DNA of 64,000 nucleotides from Lytechinus pictus (taxonomy: Eukaryota), in NCBI RefSeq assembly GCF_037042905.1, contig NC_087249.1, positions 32,922,001 to 32,986,000 on the forward strand, in the 5' to 3' direction. Positions within the stretch are counted from its first letter, which is position 1, and the number at the start of each line of letters is the position of its first letter. The position numbers and the translations under genes are program-made. Of this stretch, positions 38,180 to 52,613 are shown piece after piece. A model generated the notes under the pieces. It saw only the letters and a list, made by a program, of their open reading frames with translations. It ran no database searches and was not told the origin of the DNA.

Positions 38180-39129
38180 TATCCATGCCTATAATGTAGA
38201 GCGAGGTGTATTACCGCTTGATATCAACTTAGACTGTATTAATCCGTTATTCGTGCGTGCACACTACGAAAAATATGCCGGCTAAACGCTACAATAGCCT
38301 TACAGTTATGGGTGTATGATTGTTATTGTATACCCCTCGTGAAAACGGTAAAAATATGCACCTTTTTTATATTGCTTGCACCTATATTATTTTGTACCTT
38401 AAATGGTGCAAGATTAAGGGTGCGTAAAGTTTGCTTTCAAATTATGTTGAACATTTTTACATTCCCTAAAGGGTAAGACTCTCCACCCTTCAGGGTGTAA
38501 AACTCTAATTAATTGCATCCCGATGTCGCAAAGAGCATCTATATAAGGGTGAAGAATTGCACTCCAAAAGAAGCTTCCGGTATGATTTGGTAATTGAAGG
38601 GTGCAAATCGATCCCCTTTTCTTCATCATGTTATTGTGTGTACAACGAGTGAAATTAATCGTATAATGTATCTGCGCAATAATCTTTTTTTTTTCAAAAG
38701 GGATTTTTTAAGGCGATCAATTTCCATTTTCAAATGTAAAGTATTTAATTAATGTACTAAAAATCAAGAAACCAAATTACACATTTATGTCAAAATTGCA
38801 ATATATATGAAAGCTACATTGAGTGAGGAAAACAACTTTTCTTGTGTAATTAGAGACAATGTAGACATAAATATATATATATATATCAAAACAGTTGTGT
38901 GCTCAAACGTTAGTGAACTCCACCATAAAATGCACTCATTCATGCTAAGTGTTGAATGTAGATAACAAGTCTACAACGGTCGGCAAACCTAAAGAAAAAA
39001 AATTATTGAATGTAATATTTTATCACCTGACTTCACAATCAGATATCTAAAACATGGCAGAACTTGAACACTTTAAATATGTTCATTTTCTGGTGGGGTT
39101 CAGTAACTTTTAGAACCATTATAGATGGA

Positions 39130-39212
39130 TGAATGGTTAGATAGGTAGGTAGATAGGTAGATAGATAGATAGATAATTAGATATATAGATATATTATATA
39201 GATAGATAGATA
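39130..39212. repeat. (GATA)n/(GGTA)n microsatellite
   Basis: Directly visible. Confidence 0.85.
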
Positions 39213-42200
39213 GTCCCCACAAAAACGTGCTGAGAGAATTATTTTAATTATTTATACAAAATAAATAACGTATTTTATTAACCATGCTTCTTTAAAGACG
39301 TCTCCTTTTTATTTATTCTTCTCTTGGTATTGGTTTGGTTTTCCTATAATGAGAATATCAATTCAGTCCAAGCAAACATGTTATTGCTACATGTGCGTAT
39401 TTCCAAAGGTAAGTAACAACATTAATGCTGAAACAAGACATAATAATGGTCTTTGATTTACATCAATTCTTCTTGCACTTATCCTTTCCATATCCCCAGG
39501 CAATCAAGTTTAAATCTAAAGCCGTCCATTATTCACCCTCTATCCCGTTCCATCCCTGCCATGTAGCTCTTTATTCCTCAGGCTATATTGTGATTGGTTC
39601 AAAGGGAAAAGCTTTCAACGTTATTGTACAGACTTTTAGGGAGGTTTTTTATCTGAGAAGTTCAAACCGAAGTCATGCACATATCTACATCTTTCCGCAA
39701 TAGTTACAATGGTTTCCCAGTAGATAAAAACATAATTTTAGAGGTCTTACCACTAAAAAAATTTGAGTTGAAATAAACGAATTGTGTTCGCGATGCATAG
39801 AGGGATCAAGAACATAGAAAATGTATTGTAAATGCCCTACTCGAACAACCGTCAACCGAGAAGCCTTTGATGAAAGTTGGTAAATCAAAACGACAGTTTC
39901 GTTCTTGACTCTTGACAAACGACATATTTGCATTTTTTTCTCGTCAGCTCCGAAACTTGGGACGAACTGCTGTTCCGGTTCATCAATTTTCGACAAAGAC
40001 ATCCCAGCTGTTCTTTGTCATATGTTGACGGGCATTTTCAATACATTTACTGTGTTCTTGAATGCTCTGTACTTCGCGAAGAGGAAACTTTACGTCAGGA
40101 AAAATAAACTGCAAATGATTGATGATTATAGAGGTATGACACGAATTACAGAAGTACAATCTTAAAACTGAACATTAAACGACGCATCTCCTTTAACACA
40201 GAAAGAAATTTCCATAAAGCCATGGCAGCCAAAAATCTTTATAAAGTAATCTGATCAATATACCTTTTTCTATAATCAAAACTACTCCACCACCGCGAAG
40301 TAAGTTATTTCAATTAAAGAAACCCTACCTTAGATAAAGCCTCTTAGACTCTTCTGATTAAGTGTATCCCTTGTAAGAGTTATATAGAGTTTGAGAGTTC
40401 CCTGATTACGAAAGAAGACGAAATTCCCAGGGGTTTTCCATTTCTTATTAACTTTTAACCTGTCCCTATATGCACTATTATACGTAGGACTTCACTGATC
40501 CACCCTTTTTAAAAACGCTATTTGCATTTATTTTGTAATGTTACATTTATTGTTCTTTTCCTGAAGTTTGTAATTTTTTCAGTTAAGCTTTTTCATTATT
40601 GTACGGTGATTACGATCTTAATTTTCTATTCATCTCCGGACTAATCCACGTGATCCTCATCAACCATTGGTTTTTAATCTTTAGGATTCCTTAATCTCCA
40701 ATTTCCATCTCTTTAACTCTCATAATCTCCATTCTGTTCTCATCATCCGCATTTCGTTCGGAATAATTGAAACTGCCCTGGAATTAGAGGAATGCGGTAA
40801 GCCAATTTTAAAGCAGTTCTTAATATTCGAAACGTTCTTGTTCTTTCAAGGAACCCACGTCCATCTCCCCCTTTCCTCCCCTTCTCTTTCTCTCATTTCA
40901 ACTCTGATCTAAAAATTTTCATTTTATAAGGCTGATATTCAGCGATACTAATTTTAAAGTGTCTTTAAAAAAAAAAAGACTTTATACATAACCTCCTTGT
41001 CTACTGTGCATGTGTTCTCTCACGTGGTCGAATCATATTTCGTCTACAACCAGTTCGTCTACCAGCCATTTGGTCTAACTGCCATTTACCAGTATTTATT
41101 ATTCTGTCTAATTTCCAATTAGGCTATACCCATTTCGTCTAATATCCACTTGGTCTAACACAACTTAGTGTACATGATTAAATGAGCTGTTTATGAATAA
41201 CATTTTCATTCATTTTCAAGTGCAAAATAGTAATTAAAGACAAACGTGGAAATTAGACATCTTGGGCATTAGACAGAGCAATTATAGATCAGGTGAGTAT
41301 AAGGCCACGTGATAGTTGGACCAAACTGTAATTCGACCACTTACTATAGCAGGTCAAGCAGATACAAACAAATCCAAAAAGAGTGACCAAGGAGAACACG
41401 GGATGGGCAATGGGGGGGGGGGGGGGTAGGGTGGAAGGTGGAGGTGGCGGTGCTGGACTCGATACACTAGACTCGATCACATGATGCAGTAATCTTCATT
41501 ATCGTCATTAATAAAGAAAAATACGGAACGGGTATGTAAAAAAAGAAATATGTATCGAAAAATATAAAAACTAAAAAAGATTTCTATATACGCATAAAGA
41601 TACTTATTGATGATAATAGAGCAATCGGAGGAATCCCAAACCAAACTAAAACAACCTTGGCTTGAGAGTTTGTGTGGGTTAATATCGTGTGTGTTGGAGG
41701 GGATGAGTGGGTGAGAGTGAGACCGTATGTGCGTGTGTGTGGTTATTTGTAAGTGAAGAGAAAAAGGGGGAGGGAGAAGCAGACATTGATTGACCCGCTT
41801 TAACAACCCCAGTGCTCTCGGGTAAATACCCCAAATCGCTGAGGTCAGTTCGTTTTCAATATCTAAGATACCGGGGTGTGGCATTTTATAAATTGACACC
41901 ATTTCTTATAATATTCAGTAATTCATTATCTTTCCTTCCTCTCTGAATCTGTCTTTCTGTCTCATAGGAGGCCATATATGCTTCGATCTAACATTGGCAC
42001 GATTGTTGAAAAAAAAGGTCAATACTAATCAAAATGACGTTGGGTAAAGATAGTCTACCCAATATTATTATTTATTTTTATTTATTACTATTTTTTTTCA
42101 GGGGGGAATATTGTACATGACTTGTATTTGATGTTGGCTTAAAGGTGGTCAAAAATTGACCAACAAAATCAAGTGCATGAAGGGCGGATATACGTTTTGC

Positions 42201-44688
42201 TTTTCTTGTTTCATGATATTATTTGCTTTGCGGTAACTTGTGTACAGATAATGTAATATGCTGGACTTCTGTTAAAAAAAAAATATGTAGAAGCGTTTCC
42301 ACTCAAGCGTTAAAGCCCCCTTCAAACTTACACAAGAAGGTTTGAGATAAATCAAATACTATAACTAATTAAAAAAATATGAAACTTCAGACCAGAATGT
42401 GAAATTAATAAATGATACTGTTCTATGAAACATAAAAATCTCGTATATACCTTATTTTCAGGACAGCAACTTTGAACCACATGTATATTGCATAGCACGG
42501 TTTGCTGCCGTGACTGTCTAACGATTTTCGAATTGTAGGTTGACTGCACTTATCGGTGTTCTAATTCTTTTGCACTATGAAATGACCATTCTCACCTTCT
42601 CGTTTACAGGTAGATGGTGAAGTGATGACCATCATCTTCATGCGTGTCAATCATAATCATCACAACATGTACCTATTCGGGCAATATAAGGACTTTCGAT
42701 TGCTTGTGTTTTAACGGGATGTAGAGTGTATGTTGGTTGAGGACATGTAAGCCAATAAAATCAATTTACTCTGATGCATTCAGCTTGAAAGTGGCATATT
42801 GCACATTTTTCAATAATTCTATCGGCAAAGTTATTTTGTGCTTTAAAGATTAAAAATGAAATACCTCAAATCAAAACTTCAAACTATCGTTATTGCTTGT
42901 GTGGTAAATCCAACCCTGAACCAGGAGATCGCCTTGAGCATAATAAATGCGTGTACCTTATCAGCTTCATTATCATTATCATTTTTATTATAAAATGTCT
43001 AAATAAAAAATCTTTTACTCATAAATATTGTGTTTTCGAGGAAATTTATGATTTATTGTTACTTTCTTCGATGCGCTCTTCGAAATCGTTATTTATGAAT
43101 ATAACATAGAGCATTCTATCTCCACACATGGGCAAAGTGACTCAATCTGATGTTTCATCAATTTTAGATAATTATTACAATAAAAAGACAACTGAGACTA
43201 AGTTTATGTTCTTCATTATTATATACTTTCTTTGTCCCGTATTCGGAACCATTTAAGTTTATTCAAAGAAGTCGAAAATGTTATTAACAGTCTTTTAGAA
43301 GAGGTTTTGGTTTCTACAATTAATCCTTAAAGGTTCTTTATACAACTTGTGTCACGTAGGTTGTTCCTGTTGGTGTGAAGTACACTGTACAAAAATGACA
43401 GGGTTCTTCACACCATCAAGAACAACGTAAGTTGTAAAAGAAGCTTAAAATTTTCTTTGTAGAACAACAAACGATTCTAAATGGCTGTTTAGAACCATTT
43501 TCTGCTTCTTCAAGAATAGAATAGGTTGCAAATACCGGACAAAGAAAGGATCTATTTAGCACTTTTTTAATCTAAGAGCATGAAGAGTGTATGGTACATG
43601 AACATCTGCTTATATACTCATACACAGACAACCCACATACAAGCTATCCTACTTATTTGAACAGGAATTTAATTTATATTCATACTGTTTCCCACACTTG
43701 TATTCTCCGATACCCAATACTCCGAGGCAATTTTAACAGTCTCAGATACACACTGTTTTAACATGACCATATCTCTTAACATCAGGGCTATTAAAAAAAA
43801 AAAATTTTTAGGGACGTGGCTTGATTTAAACTAGGCCATCAGACGATCATCTTTAGTTATCATATTCCCAGCTGTAATAGCCGTAATGATAACCAAAATC
43901 AATAAGAGGGCCTTGTTTGGTAATATTTACATCACCCTTACCCTATCGTCAGTATGCTACTGAGCTTCAGGGAGGCCTTGAGAAAGAGGTAAGTGTATAA
44001 TTAGGCCAACCAATCAGGCCTGCGATCAGGGAACTCCCGCCGAAATACTTCAAACGCAGAAATGGACTTGAATGGCGTACTGTGAGTTTTTTTTTTTGGG
44101 GGGGGGGAGGAGAGGGTGTTGCTCCTATAAATTTTGTAATCATGTGCTCAAAGCAGGAAACATTGAAGGTCTAAAACACCTTTGGCGAATAAAAAGATGT
44201 CAAATAATCCGATGAAACAAAGGATGAAGTATTCAGAGATCATGATCACAACGATAGTCCTGCATGGGAGTTTAGTTAACAGTATATACAAAATTCAAAT
44301 ATTTTTCTCGCACGCTCGCTGCACTTACTCGTATTATGTATATTAAAGATGATCTCAGGCAATGTCTATTCTTAGTGACGTGTCTGCCTCTCGATAACAT
44401 TTACAGAAAACAAACATCATGAAATAATTTTTTTTTCGCATTTTTTAAAAGAAATCTAAGAATCTCAAGAATGTTCTTTTATCGGTGGTAAATATAAGAT
44501 CATATCTTTTAATTTTATATGATAGTGTTTCCCTTGCTCATCTTATTGGAAATTGGTATTACCCCTCCCTCTCCGCCCCTCAACAAAAAATAATTCCTCT
44601 AGCGCTTTGTCTGCATGTGGCTCTAGAGCAATAAATAAACTAAGAATTAGAATTTGTTTGTAAAGGCTGAGCTAGATGTAAACTTATA

Positions 44689-45671
44689 CGGTACGTATCA
44701 AAAAAAAAATTACACTTTGAAAAAGCCCTGGGAATTGTAAAATATACAATATGAGGGTAATTTTTTCACATATAATCTTGGGTTTGGGTCTCACCTATCC
44801 AATGAAAGTAAAACTTTTGACAGAATGTTACCCTTGAGTGACCACTGTCCATTTTTGTAAAGCTCGCAGAAATTGTTTGCGCAGAAATGCTCGTTTTCAT
44901 GCTGTGTCAAGGGGAAAGGGCGAAATCAAACTTACCCTGTGAAACATTTTTTATACATTTCCCTTGCACTTTTAGTCAATTGAAATAAAACGGATACATT
45001 TAAGCATTTTGTAACAATTTTGCCACCCAAATTGAAATTTCAACACTTAGTAAGCACAATCTTTACTCTTTTTGTGCCAGCTGGATCTGAGGACATAACT
45101 AAATGTGAACAAAAGTTTATATCAGACATCTCCAGCATTTTTCACTAAGTTTTTATCATTCAAAGTGGGTTTACATTTTATTTTTCATTTAATACTTGTT
45201 TCTGCACACTTTTTCCAAGCTTGACAATGATTAACAAAAAGAAAATCAAGCCTAAGCCATTTCATGTAAATCACATCTCAGTGTAAAGAAAATATCGTCA
45301 CGATGGCCTCGGTTTGTGGGGGAGTGGGGTGGGGCGCAATGCACTCTTCGAAGTGTTTTGGACAAGGGAACAAGTTAAAAAGGGTAAAAGATATCTTCAG
45401 ATCAATTTTACAAGCTAAATTCAACGTGTTTTTCATGATTAAGATCTACTTTTATTCGCATAACTATTTCAAAGTTCTGCGCAAATAATTTTCACTAACT
45501 TTTCAAAAGTAAGTGGTGCTCACTTAAGCGGAAATATTTTTCGACAGTTATATCGTCATTTGCTTAAATGGATCTGTACCAATGTTGAAATGTGGAAAAA
45601 TCCTCAGAATATTACAAATGTATAACTTTACAGGATTTTTTCTAAGTGTAAACTTTTTTTGATACACACTG
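44689..45671. mobile_element. Tc1-like non-autonomous element
   Basis: TA|CGGTACGTATCAAAAAAAAAAATTACACTT ... AAGTGTAAACTTTTTTTGATACACACTG|TA. Confidence 0.75.
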
Positions 45672-46630
45672 TATAAGTTTTGAACTAGGAATCCCCTTCA
45701 CAAGAACTAAAATTACAAAAGTGCCCTGTATCACCCCTCCAAAAAATATGTTATCATGGTTATCAAGTCTACTCCGGGAGTATATGAACTTGTATTTTTT
45801 TTTACTGGAATGCAATTTCGTTTTGAAAAGTATTTCAGAGAACTGACTTTGCTTTCTTAAAGATTCCAACCTTGGAAATGAAATGATTTTTTTGAAAGAA
45901 GAAAAATAAGGATTGGACTATAGACAAAATTATCATTGCTGATTTAAAAAAAAATAGATCATTAAGACCATGTTAATCTCTTTCTTTTTGTCCGATTTTC
46001 TATCAAAAAATCTTCAACTTTCGTATATGCTTTTATGATTTTCCCTCCTTTTTATTAAAGCTCTTCCATTGGTTTGGGTTTCCCTCTAAAATAATCAAAC
46101 CAGCTGACGGAGTTGGGCGAGGAAGTTACGCATGGTTGTTCAATATTGTTCTGGCAGGTTCCTATCCATTTATTAATTTCACAGAGGATGTTGTTTTTCT
46201 CATCTAAATCTGGAGGATTTCATTACAACTATTACAGCTTGCTGATGAACCAATCAAATGAATCTAGTTTATCCAATGTAAGCTGATGCAAAACATAATC
46301 CCTCTCTCGCTTTAAAAAACGACATTACTAACTCAATTGCTGTATCTCGTCCAGCTAGAATAACTCACTTCATGGAGCGATCTGATATCAAACTTGTTGC
46401 CATGTTGTTTTGAACCAGTTATATAATTGGAAAATAATTATTGCTTTGGTATGACTTTCCTCCACAATCAATATTGAACTGTCTCGCATATTTCTTTTTG
46501 TTAATTTAATTTTCTGTTCTTTTTTTTATTTCAATTTAAACCTTTCCAATAAATAGGTTTAAAATTTTATCCAAATGGCGGAATGAGACATTGTCTATTT
46601 TCGTTTTGGGGGCACATTGTTGTTTTGGCT

Positions 46631-48229
46631 CGGTGTAAAAATGACAGAGGTAAAAATGGTAAAGGTAAAAATGGCAGGGGTAAAAATGGCAGAGGTAAAA
46701 ATGGCAGAGGTAAAAATGGCAGAGGTAAAAATGGCAAAGGTAAAAATGGCAGAGGAATAAATAGCAGCGGTAATAATGGCAGAGGTAATACTGGCAGAGG
46801 TAAAAATGATAACACTTGAGTTGGTATTTCTTATTTTTTCCTGGACTTACATGCACGACCTTCTCATGTCAAATCGCTCTTCTAATATTCAAATTTGAAG
46901 AACACTTTGATTCATAACTATTGTACTTAATTCATTAAAGGGGAAATTCACACTGACATAGAGTTTATTAAAATGATATTGGTGAGGGATTTAGGGAATC
47001 AAAGATTTAAAAAGCTACTAAAACTTTACGTTAATGGGGACGTCATTTGCGAGCAGTTTTTCCCATATTTGGTGTAATTAAAAATATAAATGAAATGTCA
47101 TTTTCTAAAAGAAATGAAAATGGTTTTAATTGTACCTTAACTGTAACATACAAATAATGTCCCATCCGCTCCTGAAAGATTTTTTTTATTAGCAATCATG
47201 AACCACTGATTAAAAAAGAAATGAAAAGTAGACATTTTAGTGCATAAAATACGGGGCAGTTACTAGTATATGACGTCACAGATCAAAATCTCAAACTTCT
47301 AATAACTTTCATACTCTTTGACGGGTTTTCCGCAAACCTTCACCAATATATTTTTTTCTGCTATTTTCACAGCAAACCATTTGTCAGGGTGAATTTTCCC
47401 TTCAAAACAGGTCGATAGCATGGTACCTAAGAAACACCTATAAATCTAAATCCATGATTGGCTACACTGACACATGTCGAAATTCATGTGGTAACCGTTA
47501 CCATAGAAACTAGTTAAGGAACCTGATATCCACTTGGACTAGCTGCAATGAGGTATTACGCTGAAAAAATGAACACTATTTGCTATTATTATATCATTTA
47601 CATTTAACTACATGTATATACGTATCATATCAATATCTATTCGGATCCATTTTGATGTTGAAATATGAAAAAATACTTTTATTACAGAACGTTTTGTTGT
47701 TTTTCTGTTATCCAAGTTGCAAGTGGTTCAAAGAAATCCAGAACTCGTCTATTTCAATGTGTTTATGGTAGCGCACATTAGTGTATACTGTTTACATTTC
47801 AATTCGTTTGGTATGTATGTGATGAAGTCCACTATACGAACTGACCAAGATATATCCTTTCATAACTCACTAATTGAAATCATTTTGCCATGCAAATGTT
47901 TGAGTTTAATCATATCAACGATAAAGTATAGACCTAAAATGATGAAAAAAAATCAAAATAATATCTCATCAGTTCATAATACTCATTTTGTCGATAGGAG
48001 TCCATTCAAGGTCAATAATTATGACTGATATTAACTATAAAGCCTCTATCTTTTCCTTGCTGATCTAGTATGTCATGATCTTTAGCTCTGTCATTTTTGC
48101 CTCAGCCATTATTACCTCTGCCATTTTTACCTCTGCCATTTTTACTTCTGCCACTATTACCTCTGCAATTTTTACCTCTGCCATTTTTACCTTTGCCATT
48201 TTAACCTCTGCCATTTTTACCCGGCACCG
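46631..48229. mobile_element. TU/foldback-type element with inverted arrays of a 15-bp repeat
   Basis: (GGTAAAAATGGCAGA)n at 46631-46810 and its reverse complement at about 48085-48220, with CGGTG...CACCG ends and TTGTTTT on both flanks. Confidence 0.8.
46939..47401. mobile_element. Kolobok-like MITE nested in the foldback element
   Basis: TTAA|AGGGGAAATTCACACTGAC ... GTCAGGGTGAATTTTCCCT|TCAA. Confidence 0.65.
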
Positions 48230-49384
48230 TTGTTTTAAGGCCAGAAAAAAACAATCGAAGCAATAATCATTACGTTAATGCACTTATCTTCATTACCAAG
48301 CCCCTCGCAGAGGATGTTTACCCGTCTGTCCTCTGGATGATAAGATAGAAAATAAGAACATTGCCTTGAAATCACATTCACACATCCACAAATTGAAATC
48401 TGTGTATATAAAATATGATTGTATTCATTGCAAGGAGACAACACTGTTAATCAAGTTAATTTTCTCTAAAATGCCCGTATTCATTATTTATCAAAAACTT
48501 CCTCAACCTTGTCAATTTGAAGAAATCAAAGCGAAAAATTTGGCCTGTGTATTAATATTCTGCACCCACACGTCGTGATTCTGAAATACATGTACTATAC
48601 ATAGAAATGTAGGTAACAGCATGAACTATCAGTAACAAAATAAGGCCAAAGCACAAGTTTCATGATATTATTTACAATGAGAAAATAATTTGAGAGCGGC
48701 TAAAATTTCTATTGCGTTTAGGGAACCGAACGACATGAATATCATGTTGATTCAAAAATATAATTTACTCACGAATGAAAAGGCACCAAACCTCAGTAGC
48801 TGGCCTTAGCATTTGATTTTTGATCTCTGCAGAAATTGCAATGTTCTATCAACTTTAATACCTCTCTGTTGAATTTGTTTCAATAGTGTAAAAACAATAC
48901 TTGCCATTCATTGTTCTACAATATACCTTTACTTCAAAACATTTATAAGTCCAAAAGTTATTGAATATGAAGTCAAACAATATTGATTAAATGCTGCTGA
49001 GAATATTTGTAAAAGAACATCCTCCTATTCCTCAAATAATGAAGGCCCAATCCTTTGCTTGAGAATAATTGAGTTAGCAATTGAAGACCAGTGACTTCTA
49101 TGATATCTGGCAACTCATCCAGCAAGTATTTTAAAAATCTACTACTCTGCATTTTTCTTCTCAAATTCAACATTTCAGTAACGTCACTGATATGCTGCAT
49201 AATATATAATTTTTAACGCTTATCCAACGCTCACCCGGTAAAATAGCGTAGAAATGTAAAAACGATAGTAATTAATTATTATAATTTAACCATTGCTATT
49301 ATATTAGGGGACAAGATGAGCTGAAAGAAATGCCTGCGATGTGAAGGTACAGGGAACCATTTTGTTCTCACATGAATTTTACAT

Positions 49385-49600
49385 CATCATTATTTTGCCT
49401 CTTGCTGTTCTTATTATCATTACATGTTATCTGATTATTATTATGATTATCATTATCATCATATTATTATCATTATCATTAACATTGTTAGTTTCACTAT
49501 CATTTTCATCGTTATAATCACCATAATCATCACCATTATAATCATCCATATTATTATTATTATCATTATTATTATCAAGGTCATTGTCATCATCATTTCT
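49385..49600. repeat. (ATT/ATC)n low-complexity tract
   Basis: Directly visible; a similar tract lies at about 36740-36830. Confidence 0.85.
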
Positions 49601-51347
49601 ACAGAATGAGACAATGATCAACGAAAGACTTATTGCAGCAAACAGATTAATCGAAGTTATACTACTCTTTGGATGACCTCCTAAAAGCATCTCTGAGTGA
49701 AATCTTAACAGGTTGTTTCTAAAAGTTTTAAGGCAGCTGTACAAAAAGACCATCACGCAGGGATAATAAAATATCTACTCTTATTCTTCTGAGATTGAAA
49801 GTGTGGGTCTGTTTCTTTAACCTTTCCTTTACCTGTTTGAAATATAATTCGTGTTTCAAATTCGTCTACTGAATAAAACTTATTTTCTCTGCGGCAAAAG
49901 AGTGCTTTCTTAAAATGACCACAAGGATACTATACGGTTTGTATGCAAATTAGCTCGTGTTTTATCTGTAATTTTAGCCCAAGACTGGAAGTGGTCACAC
50001 GGTGGAAGGCCGTTTTTACAAAACAGAGTGAACTGTATTTTAGACGAATAAGATCAATCACTAATTATTTTGGTCATTAACATTCAATATCAGCGCTGCG
50101 TCTAGGGGCAGGGCTACACTAGCTATGGTCGGCCCTTCCTGGGTGCAAAAATTAAATGGGGAATAAAATTAAAAACATATTAAAAGGAACAAAGAAATAA
50201 ACCACAGTCCCCGGATGTTGAAAGGGGAGCGTTTTAAGCGCTTAGCCTGACCCTGGAGCCGATTTTCATTGAACGCCATTTAAACAGAATACCTATTTTT
50301 TACTCTTGAAAGGATGGCTTTAGTTAACTATAGGCCTAAAACTGTATTTATGTTTTCAGATAAAAGCTTGCGATTGGTCTTAGACGTGTAGTGAAAGACT
50401 TTCATAAGAGCTTAAAGACAAACGTTACATGTCATGCTGACAAACCATTGCTCTCTACATGGAGCCATTGATTATTTTTTGGTCAGAGAGAGTCGCAAGG
50501 GGTATCAGTTCCAATCCCAGATGCATGACATGACGTAATGATATTTACTAAGACAGAAGATGATGACCACAAGATTACCACGCAGTGAACACTAGAGGAA
50601 CTTGAGGCAAGTAAAAGGAGGGTGCAAACCATTCTGACCAATTGTGATTTATTTATGCAATTACAGTCACATAATTATGAAGGGAATTTCCATTTGTCAA
50701 CCATGTCTTCAATTTTCTGCTTTAAAATGATACAAATACAAATGATAGATCTAGAATATCCCCATAAAAAAGTTTTTATCCTCATTTTTGGTCGATATAA
50801 AAAGGTCAAATTATCATGTTTGAAAGAAATTTAATTGGACATGAAAATAGTGATTTAGAACTAATACATATGTATATGACTTTAAATTTCTTTTAACACT
50901 GTAAAGCAATGTTTTACTATGCTTACTTCAAGCAACCGCTGCACATAGCTTAAGTGATCACAAGTGCCATTTACAATGCCTTAAAGTGAAGTCTTTAATG
51001 GCAACAGAGTAGAAATCACATTCTGAAGATGACATAAAAGGAGAGAGGGGGAGGAAATGGGAGGAATGAAAGAGAGTGAAGAGAGAGGGAAAGAAAGAAA
51101 ATAAAAGAGAGGGAGGTGAATAGCAAAAAATATCGTGAGCTAGGTTAGAAAGGCAGACAGAATGACAGAGAAGAGATTTAGAAACAGGAGAGAGAGGGGG
51201 CAAATGTGTGTACACGTGTCCGTTTGTGCATGTATTAACGAGTGCGTGAGAGAAAGAGAGGGAGAGAGAGGGGGTGGGGAGTGAATTGGGCACCTACAAA
51301 ATGGCACCCTCCTAAAGATTTTTCTTACATAAAAGAGAAGGGATGAC

Positions 51348-51555
51348 ATCTAATGAAGATGTGAATGTATATCTAATGAAGATGTGAATGTATATCTAAT
51401 GAAGATGTGAAATTCACATCTTCATTAGATATACATTCACATCTTCATCAGATATACATTCACATCTTCATCAGATATACATTCACATCTTCATCAGATG
51501 TACATTCACATCTTAATTAGATATGCATTCACATCCTCATAACATATACATTCAG
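51348..51555. repeat. 23-bp minisatellite, head-to-head inverted block
   Basis: ATCT(A/G)ATGAAGATGTGAATGTAT runs forward over 51348-51411 and reversed over 51413-51555. Confidence 0.9.
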
Positions 51556-52007
51556 AATGTTATGTTATAATCTGCCAATATTGTTTCATTTGACGTAGCC
51601 AAAATTTTCTAAAATGAATTGTACAGTAAAAACGTGGCTGAGATATCGAAGACGCGGGGTGATCTTTGATACAGGTGTGTGCATTGTCATTTGGCAACAT
51701 ATCATGAAATGAACTCTTGATATGAAGCCGTTTTACGTTTTTAACAACATCTTTTCATATATTTTACAACAAGTAATTTTGATGGGACAAAAATCCCGTT
51801 AAAATCGTTTTAAGAATAGTAGTCAAGGGTTCATGTTTAAACAGTATAATATTAAAATATTCTATAAGAAATATCACAAAGACAGTAAATTAACTGCAAG
51901 CTGGCAACATGATTTCGGACCCAAAAATTGCGTATGTACATTTAGATGGCCGCTCGGTACGGGATGAATTCATGCACAAGTTTTGAGTTCGAATCGAATC
52001 ACATTTG

Positions 52008-52259
52008 TATTCTTGATATAATATCAAGAAATGAATTCTTGATATCAAGAAATCGAATTCCTGATATCAAGAAATACAATTCTTGATAATAAGAAATACA
52101 ATTCTTAATATCAGAAATTCTATTTCTTGAAATCAAGAATTCAATTCTTGATATCAAGAATTCGATTTCTTGATATCAAGAATTACCATTGCTTAACTAC
52201 ACAAAACCATTTCTTGATATCAAGAAATCGAATTCTTAAATGTTAAAACGGCTTGCCAT
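52008..52259. repeat. Palindromic repeat array of about 21-bp units (TTCTTGATATCAAGAA core), MITE remnant
   Basis: Repeated self-complementary units ending in TTAAAACGGCTTGCCAT. Confidence 0.75.
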
Positions 52260-52562
52260 AAACGCATGCTTGGTTGCTCAGCAAGTGGTTAGCAATAGCC
52301 AAACTACTACCACCGTCTGTCGCCGTACTGGTGGTACGTTTTCTGCATGCGCGCGGAGGTTGTGAACGCGCGCTAATTCGACAATTTCGGATATAGGCGG
52401 GCACATATTGGCTAATGCAGCCTGCTAAACGTTGGGTTGTACGCCCCATGTACCGAGCTTCACATCGGCACTTAAACTCGTAAATAACATTACTGCAGTG
52501 AGAGATAGGGAGCACGTCCTTTCGAATAGACGAGATCATTCTGTGTGTGGTAAATACCACAC
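52260..52562 (-). mobile_element. Penelope-like retroelement fragment (GIY-YIG endonuclease domain)
   Basis: SNVIYEFKCRCEARYMGRTTQRL...ISQY...AIANHLL matches the PLE pattern (S)NVVY-x-x-x-C-x-C-x-x-x-YIG-x-T-x-x-x-L...H...SAI-x-x-HL. Confidence 0.85.
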
Positions 52563-52613
52563 AAGATGTGAATGTTCATCACATGTCTATCTTATGACGA
52601 TATGAATGTATAC

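Noticed and set aside
39400-40900. Very old LINE reverse-transcriptase remnant on - (similar hint at about 48.9-49.2 kb)
   Set aside because: Only vague motif echoes; not supportable without a profile search.
46536-46856. CHFYL / LPFLP / GRGKN repeat ORFs (also 48075-48266)
   Set aside because: 15-bp tandem arms of a foldback element, open in several frames by construction.
49424-49756. Ile-rich and Asn/Asp-rich ORFs
   Set aside because: Trinucleotide low-complexity sequence.
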